NCBI GenBank assembly: GCA_963771075.1
Contig: CAVYSE010000004.1
Span: forward strand, 12,689-76,688
Direction of reading: 5' to 3'
Source of the DNA: a candidate division FCPU426 bacterium
GTDB lineage: Bacteria; Oederibacteriota; Muellerivitia; Muellerivitales; Muellerivitaceae
DNA: 64,000 nt
Below, one piece after another: positions 58,876 through 64,000 of this stretch (positions within the stretch are counted from its first letter, which is position 1; the number at the start of each line of letters is the position of its first letter). The position numbers were made by a program, and so were the translations under genes. The notes below the pieces were generated by a model. The model had not been told where the DNA came from and did no database searches. It saw only the letters and a list, made by a program, of their open reading frames with translations.

Positions 58876-59625
58876 TTGATTTCAAACCATTTGTTGGGCC
58901 AATGGAAAGAAGATGAAAAGGCGCCGTTCTCAGGATGGGATTTTTCCCGGTTAAAGGACCGTTGGGAAGAAGAGATGCCTCCTTGGGACTACATCCGGAT
59001 GGCCAAAAGGCTTGTGCCCGGTTCCACCGCCCTATTGGATATGGCCACGGGGGGCGGTGAGATATTCGCGACTTTAGCCCCCTTCCCTGCTTCGACTTTC
59101 GCCATCGAAGGCCACCCGCCAAATGTTCCTATTGCCCAAAAACTCCTTTCGCCTTTGGGGGTAAAAGTCCTATTGGCGCCAGAGACAAAGCCTTTGCCTT
59201 TCGACAATGAATCCTTTGATCTCGTATTAAACCGCCATGGGGGTACCAACCCGCCGGAAATCAGCCGTATATTGAAAAAAGAAGGGCGCTTCATGACCCA
59301 GCAAGTCGCGGGTGACAGCCTAAGCGGCCTGATGTCGGTGTTCGGCGCTAAACCCAAATGGCCGGATCATACATTTGCAAATGCATTCGTGAATTTTCAA
59401 AAGGCGGGTTTTGAAATCCTTGAAAGCTGTGAATGGACCGGCACCCGGCATTTTTACGACGTCGGGGCCGTGGTTTATTTTCTCAAGGCCGTTCCTTGGC
59501 TCGTTGACGAATTCAGCGTGGATAAGTTCCTCAAGGAATTGGAAATACTGCAGGGGAAAATAGAAGCGGAAGGGGTTTTGCGCTTCTCGGAAAGCCGATT
59601 CCAGTTTTTGGCCAAAAAGAAATAA
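58876..59625 (+). CDS. Class I SAM-dependent methyltransferase
   Basis: TTG start after GGAGG; FSGWDFS, LLDMATGGGE, LPFDNESFDLVLNRH and TQQV. Confidence 0.88.
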   Translation: MISNHLLGQWKEDEKAPFSGWDFSRLKDRWEEEMPPWDYIRMAKRLVPGSTALLDMATGGGEIFATLAPFPASTFAIEGHPPNVPIAQKLLSPLGVKVLLAPETKPLPFDNESFDLVLNRHGGTNPPEISRILKKEGRFMTQQVAGDSLSGLMSVFGAKPKWPDHTFANAFVNFQKAGFEILESCEWTGTRHFYDVGAVVYFLKAVPWLVDEFSVDKFLKELEILQGKIEAEGVLRFSESRFQFLAKKK

Positions 59626-59643
59626 GATTGGGCGTGATTACAC

Positions 59644-59671
59644 TGTCCACGACGGGGACCCATCGTGGACA
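59644..59671 (+). repeat. 28-bp palindromic repeat, copy 1
   Basis: TGTCCACGACGGGGACCCATCGTGGACA. Confidence 0.95.
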
Positions 59672-59694
59672 GATAAGATTGGAGGGCGACAGAC

Positions 59695-60351
59695 ATGAGC
59701 AAATTACGCATTAACTGTTTAGGATTATCCCTTGATGGATACGGAGCGGGACCTAACCAGAGCCTTGATAACCCCCTAGGGGTTCGAGGCCCGGAGCTGA
59801 TGGGTTGGTTCTTTCCCACGCGGACATTTAAAATGATGCACGGCGACGGCAAGGATGGAACCATCGGTCTGGATGAAACTTACGCCAAACAGAGCATGGA
59901 AAACGTCGGCGCATGGATATTGGGCCGCAACATGTTCGGCCCCATCCGCGGCGCGTGGCCGGATGAATCGTGGAGGGGCTGGTGGGGTGAGAACCCTCCC
60001 TATCATGTGCCCGTTTTTGTCCTGACCCATCACCCCCGAAAATCCATAAAAATGGAGGGGGACACCACCTTTCATTTTGTGACGGAAGGCTATGAAACCG
60101 CGCTGAAGCAAGCAAGGGAGGCCGCCGGGAAGAAAGACATCCGCCTTGGCGGCGGGGTTAATACTATTCGCCAATACCTTAACGCCAAGCTTATCGATGA
60201 GATGCACTTGGCCATGTCCCCAGTCTTGTTAGGTTCGGGCGAACATCTATTGTCAGGTATAGACCTCCCGGCTCTTGGATATCAGGTCGCTAAACACGAA
60301 GCATCTGAGGCGACGACCCATATAACCATTGTTCGTAGTCAAACCAAATGA
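59695..60351 (+). CDS. Dihydrofolate reductase / RibD C-terminal family protein
   Basis: SLDGYGAG, ILGRNMF, PVFVLTH, GGGVNT and LIDEMHL. Confidence 0.93.
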   Translation: MSKLRINCLGLSLDGYGAGPNQSLDNPLGVRGPELMGWFFPTRTFKMMHGDGKDGTIGLDETYAKQSMENVGAWILGRNMFGPIRGAWPDESWRGWWGENPPYHVPVFVLTHHPRKSIKMEGDTTFHFVTEGYETALKQAREAAGKKDIRLGGGVNTIRQYLNAKLIDEMHLAMSPVLLGSGEHLLSGIDLPALGYQVAKHEASEATTHITIVRSQTK

Positions 60352-60410
60352 ACTATGGATATAAGACCTAACCCCAGACAAAAAGCCGCACAAATTCCAG
60401 GTTCTAAGCC

Positions 60411-60438
60411 TGTCCACGAAGGGGACCCATCGTGGACA
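60411..60438 (+). repeat. 28-bp palindromic repeat, copy 2
   Basis: TGTCCACGAAGGGGACCCATCGTGGACA. Confidence 0.95.
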
Positions 60439-60495
60439 GCGAAAAACGGATAATGGTAACCTCAATTTTTACAAATTAAGTTTAGAGGTTGTCGA

Positions 60496-60717
60496 TTGAA
60501 ACACTATCAAGTCGTTTTTGTCTGTTCTTTTTTGTGTGTATTGCTTCTTACTTCTGGTTGGCTAATAACTTTAATTAAAGACAAAACTAAACACAAAGTA
60601 TGGGAGAAGAGTTGGGGCCTTTATATACTTGTTCTTATTTCGGGTACTCTTTTTATCGCTGGCGTTTGGGAAGGTGTAATCGACACTACTGGATGGTGGG
60701 GGCCAGGGATTGGTTGA
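60496..60717 (+). CDS. Small AT-rich membrane protein (2 TM)
   Basis: TTG start after GAGG; fills the interval between repeat copies 2 and 3. Confidence 0.6.
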   Translation: MKHYQVVFVCSFLCVLLLTSGWLITLIKDKTKHKVWEKSWGLYILVLISGTLFIAGVWEGVIDTTGWWGPGIG

Positions 60718-60735
60718 GTAAAAATGATTCAACAA

Positions 60736-60763
60736 AGTCCACGACGGGGACCCATTGTGGACA
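60736..60763 (+). repeat. 28-bp palindromic repeat, copy 3
   Basis: AGTCCACGACGGGGACCCATTGTGGACA. Confidence 0.93.
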
Positions 60764-60791
60764 AGAGAAAAACTGTGTTTTTTAGATTGGC

Positions 60792-61010
60792 TTATAAGTT
60801 ATTGAATTCTTCTATGCTCAAACCAGCTTGTTTTAAAAGCTTCTTCAATAACCCCTCGCCCAATTCTCTGTGCTGAGGAATGGACAATGTCCACAAATAG
60901 CCATCTTTCACCATCATGACGTGGGAACCTTTTTGACGGGCAACAGACCAACCGGCTTTTTGAAAATTTTTAACGGTTTGGGAACCGGAACAAAGCTTGA
61001 GGTGGGGCAC
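60792..61010 (-). CDS. hicA: HicA family toxin
   Basis: GWSVARQKGSHVMM, IPQH and GLLKKLLKQAGLSIEEF. Confidence 0.93.
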   Translation of the reverse strand: MPHLKLCSGSQTVKNFQKAGWSVARQKGSHVMMVKDGYLWTLSIPQHRELGEGLLKKLLKQAGLSIEEFNNL

Positions 61011-61210
61011 TAGACATTAACCGAGACCAACTTGCTCTTATGAATCCGTTGTTTGGATTCCATGACTTCCATCCAACCCTCAATGGCCTCATGGATATTC
61101 TTCACGGCTTCCTTGCGGGTCTTGCCTTGGGAAAGGCACCCCGGTAAAGCCGGAACTTCGGCCACGTAATAACCTGAATTATCTTTTTCGAGAGTAATGT
61201 GAAATTTCAT
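61010..61210 (-). CDS. hicB: HicB family antitoxin (short form, no DNA-binding domain)
   Basis: YVAEVPALPGCLSQGKTRKEAVKNIHEAI. Confidence 0.93.
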   Translation of the reverse strand: MKFHITLEKDNSGYYVAEVPALPGCLSQGKTRKEAVKNIHEAIEGWMEVMESKQRIHKSKLVSVNV

Positions 61211-61316
61211 GTTTGACCTCTGAATTCATTTAACTAGAAGAAGAGATGAAGGTCAAGTCGGCATTCGGGAAGATGAATTTAACTTTTGTTTTAAGTGCTA
61301 AAATCACAGATGCGGT

Positions 61317-61344
61317 TGTCCACGAAGGGGACCCGTCGTGGACA
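61317..61344 (+). repeat. 28-bp palindromic repeat, copy 4
   Basis: TGTCCACGAAGGGGACCCGTCGTGGACA. Confidence 0.95.
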
Positions 61345-61371
61345 AGCAAAAAGTAAAGAAGGTCTTTCAAT

Positions 61372-61989
61372 TTGAAAAATAAAACCAAAATCAGTCTTAT
61401 TATGAAAATTTTAAATTTTAGTTCTTATCCGAAAAAATTTCTTTGGTTTATTGCAGGATTAGTTTTTATATTGGATTTGAACGCCTTGATCTCTATGGCT
61501 GTCTTTCAAATAGTTTCTAAAAATAAATTCTTAGGCATTTCAATATTTTTCTCCGCCCTGCTGTCCGTGATAGGAGCCTATCTTTTTCGCATCCCCATAT
61601 TGAATAAAATATTGAGCAAAACACGGGGAATCGATTTTAAGCGGAAAAATAAAAAGCCGCTTCTCTGGGGGCTTACTACTCAAATTTATATAGGACTTGG
61701 AATATTTTTGGGTTTGGTTGTTATTGTTTTCATGGCTCTAGTGAAAGATATTGATGTTATTGATCCAATTGTTTATGTCGCTATTGTTTTGATCAGTTCA
61801 GGGGTTCTCTACTTTTGTTTTCTTCTGTTGAGGGATTCTTTTAATAAGTTCCATTACAAAGGATGGAAAAAAACTAAGAAATTTTCTCCATTGCGAAAAG
61901 TTTGGGTGGCATCCATGTTCTTTTCTTGGGGTACACTTGCCGGGATATTCATTGGTTGGGTGATATCGGCAATCGTGTTTCTGATTTAA
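61372..61989 (+). CDS. AT-rich multi-pass membrane hypothetical protein
   Basis: About 5 TM segments; start at 61372 or 61402. Confidence 0.65.
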   Translation: MKNKTKISLIMKILNFSSYPKKFLWFIAGLVFILDLNALISMAVFQIVSKNKFLGISIFFSALLSVIGAYLFRIPILNKILSKTRGIDFKRKNKKPLLWGLTTQIYIGLGIFLGLVVIVFMALVKDIDVIDPIVYVAIVLISSGVLYFCFLLLRDSFNKFHYKGWKKTKKFSPLRKVWVASMFFSWGTLAGIFIGWVISAIVFLI

Positions 61990-62004
61990 AAATAGATTTT
62001 ACCT

Positions 62005-63972
62005 GCAGAGTAGAGCGCTGGCGCGTATGCCTTAGAGTACGGTGGCGAATCCAACCCTTTCGGATTGGGCCTCAGTCCGGCTCTCATCACCACGTTTCCA
62101 GCGCCCCCTCATCAAACCGTACGTGACCTTTTCGATCATACGGCTTTCCGACAACCTTTCAACCGGCAGCATTCAAGGCAAAAGCTGGAATCCAGTTCAA
62201 ACCAAGGCGTTTCACTTCCTCGATCGACCATGTTCGTCCTTCCCAGGCGTACTTATGCCTCCGAAACAAAGTCAGCCTTTCGAGTACGTAAAATTGAAGC
62301 TTGGAAAAGTATGGCTGGCTGTCCCCAATTCGGAAATAGTTGGCCCACCCCCTTAACACCGGGTTCAAAGCCTTCGCTACATCCTCCATTGGAGATAAGA
62401 GCCGCTCTCGGCCCGCCGTCATCTGCTTCACTTTCTCGGCGATTTTCTTCATGGCCTTCCGGCTCGGCCAGCTCAGGCAACAGGTCTTACCCAATCCTAC
62501 CACCGGCATACCTACTCGAAAGTGGAACCCAAGGAAGTCAAACCCTTCCTTCCCAGGCCCCATTTCCACCAGCCGTGTCTTTTCGGGGTGCAGTTCAAGC
62601 CCTAGTCGTCCCATCAATTCCTTGATGACTTCCAGGCTCTTTTCCGCATGGGCTTGGCTTCCGCACAACACCACAAAATCGTCGGCGTAGCGCACCAGCC
62701 TACCCAGTTTCCTGTGCCTCTTATTCCAAACCTTGTCCAGCAAGTGAAGGTAAACATTGGATAACAGCGGTGAGATCACCCCGCCTTGCGGTGTCCCTCG
62801 GAGAGTCGGCGTAAGCCTTCCTTCCTCAAACACACCCGCCTTCAGCCACCCTCGGATCAGTTTCAAAACCTTCCGGTCACTGATCCTCTGGCGCACCAGC
62901 ACCATCAGTTTGTCGTGGTCGATGGAATCGAAATACTTCCGAATATCTCCATCCACCACCCATCTGTACCCGCCATTGATCCACTTCTTGATCTCCCGGT
63001 GGGCCTGCTGGGCTCCGCGTTTTGGCCGAAATCCAAACGAGCCTTCCAGAAAGTCCGCCTCAAAGATGGGTTCCACCACCTTCCGGCAAGCCGCTTGAAC
63101 TACCCGATCCCGAATTACCGGGATTCCCAACGGTCTCTTGCTTCCATCAGGCTTGGGTATTTCCACTCGTCTCACAGGTTTAGGCAGATACTTCCCAGCT
63201 TTGAGTTCTTCCTGGATGCCCTTCAGGAATGGAATAATTCCCACCTTCTCTTCGATCCATTCCAGCGTTTCCCCGTCCACTCCTCCTTGGCCTTTATTAG
63301 CCTTCACCTGTTTCCATGCCGCTGTCAGGACATCCCATCGGGTCATCCTGTCATGCAGTACATGAAATCTCCGGCTTGGGCTCCTCTTGGCCGCTCGGTA
63401 TAGCGCCCTTTGAAGGGTTCGCGCCTTGTCTTCGGAGTTGTTGGCCCTTTGGGGCATGCTCCAGCGCCTCCCTTTTGAAGGTTGCTTGGTTGAAGCAGGG
63501 GTCCTTCCCTCCAGGTGGTTTTGTTGTCCACCCTTCACAGGTATTGTGACCCCCTCCGACTTCCTCCCGCCCTTGCCCCTTTTCGGTTTTAGCCTTATAG
63601 CGGCAAGTCTTTTGGGGGAGGATCCCAGGTTGCTTGCAAAGCCTTTCCAGCATTCCGTTCCCCATACGCCGGAGGACTTGCCCCGCTTGCTCCAGATTCT
63701 TCAGCGGGATCGTGGCCTTCGCCGGTAGACACGCGGCTCGGCATCCTCTTGCACCTTTCGGTGTCCCATTCACGACGCGGCAGGATTCACTTGATGTTGC
63801 GGACTGCTAGATTGTTCCTCACTGAATGAGGTTTATGACCCCGTTTCGGGCAGAACCTCTCGGTCCTACGCCGGGGGCTGGCACAGCTCTCTGGCGATTA
63901 CTGGTCAGGATTTGGGCTGGCCCTCTTCGGCCTACTCCCTCACCTGCTGGCTCTACAAACCTTCGCTGGCAC
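62005..63972 (-). mobile_element. Group II intron (about 1.97 kb, IIB-like, no En domain)
   Basis: 5' end GTGCCAGCG at 63972; domain V AAGCCGTATGATCGAAAAGGTCACGTACGGTTT after the ORF stop; domain VI GGGGCGCTGG...CCAGCGCTCTACTCTGC ending near 62005. Confidence 0.9.
62159..63457 (-). CDS. ltrA: Group II intron reverse transcriptase/maturase
   Basis: RPLGIPVIRDRVVQ, SFGFRP, DIRKYFD, GTPQGGVISPLL, YADD, FDFLGF, X domain LNPVLRGWANYF; no HNH domain. Confidence 0.97.
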   Translation of the reverse strand: MPQRANNSEDKARTLQRALYRAAKRSPSRRFHVLHDRMTRWDVLTAAWKQVKANKGQGGVDGETLEWIEEKVGIIPFLKGIQEELKAGKYLPKPVRRVEIPKPDGSKRPLGIPVIRDRVVQAACRKVVEPIFEADFLEGSFGFRPKRGAQQAHREIKKWINGGYRWVVDGDIRKYFDSIDHDKLMVLVRQRISDRKVLKLIRGWLKAGVFEEGRLTPTLRGTPQGGVISPLLSNVYLHLLDKVWNKRHRKLGRLVRYADDFVVLCGSQAHAEKSLEVIKELMGRLGLELHPEKTRLVEMGPGKEGFDFLGFHFRVGMPVVGLGKTCCLSWPSRKAMKKIAEKVKQMTAGRERLLSPMEDVAKALNPVLRGWANYFRIGDSQPYFSKLQFYVLERLTLFRRHKYAWEGRTWSIEEVKRLGLNWIPAFALNAAG

Positions 63973-63974
63973 GA

Positions 63975-64000
63975 TGTCCACGAAGGGTCCCCGTCGTGGA
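63975..64000 (-). repeat. 28-bp palindromic repeat, copy 5 (inverted, cut by the window edge)
   Basis: Reverse complement reads TCCACGACGGGGACCCTTCGTGGACA. Confidence 0.93.

Noticed and set aside
62159..63457. RT as a retron, DGR or defence-associated RT
   Set aside because: It has the maturase X domain and flanking intron domains V and VI; no template/variable repeat pair was seen
59644..64000. 28-bp repeats as a CRISPR array
   Set aside because: Intervals are 300-770 bp, irregular and gene-containing; one copy is inverted; no cas genes are present
59644..64000. Repeats as classical attC sites or intrinsic terminators
   Set aside because: No RYYYAAC/GTTRRRY cores and too short for attC; no consistent U-tract, and the primary sequence is conserved more than a terminator needs

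Overview
A 64 kb chromosomal window from a GC-rich diderm bacterium (AsmA, TolC, porin and secretin genes are present). The Thr/Pro-linker plus FlgD-Ig secreted proteins resemble those of uncultured lineages such as FCPU426, but this is inference only. Contents in order: secreted carbohydrate-active enzymes; a membrane protein with two catalytically degenerate Mrr-like domains, divergent from mazG; housekeeping genes (phosphatase, MFS, asmA, recA, bshB1, csp); a phosphate-uptake cluster (porin-pstSCAB-phoU, DUF47-pit) with Pho-box-like repeats; a TolC/RND pair with no adaptor gene, led by a transposase-derived Zn-ribbon gene; a Crh-like HPr; several secreted hypotheticals; three tandem Kelch/FlgD paralogs; and a Tad/Flp pilus locus with a TadZ-TadA fusion and an unannotated second pilin. 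The most striking feature is at the right end (59.6-64 kb). An AT-rich array of small genes, including a HicBA toxin-antitoxin pair, is partitioned by five copies of a 28-bp imperfect palindrome (TGTCCACGAM-GGGGACCC-NTCGTGGACA) that is not an attC site. A group II intron sits at the arm of one copy, and its predicted EBS1 loop is complementary to that arm. This suggests an integron-like cassette system with a novel recombination site and a repeat-homing intron. No recombinase is visible in the window. All calls come from reading the sequence; no database searches were run.
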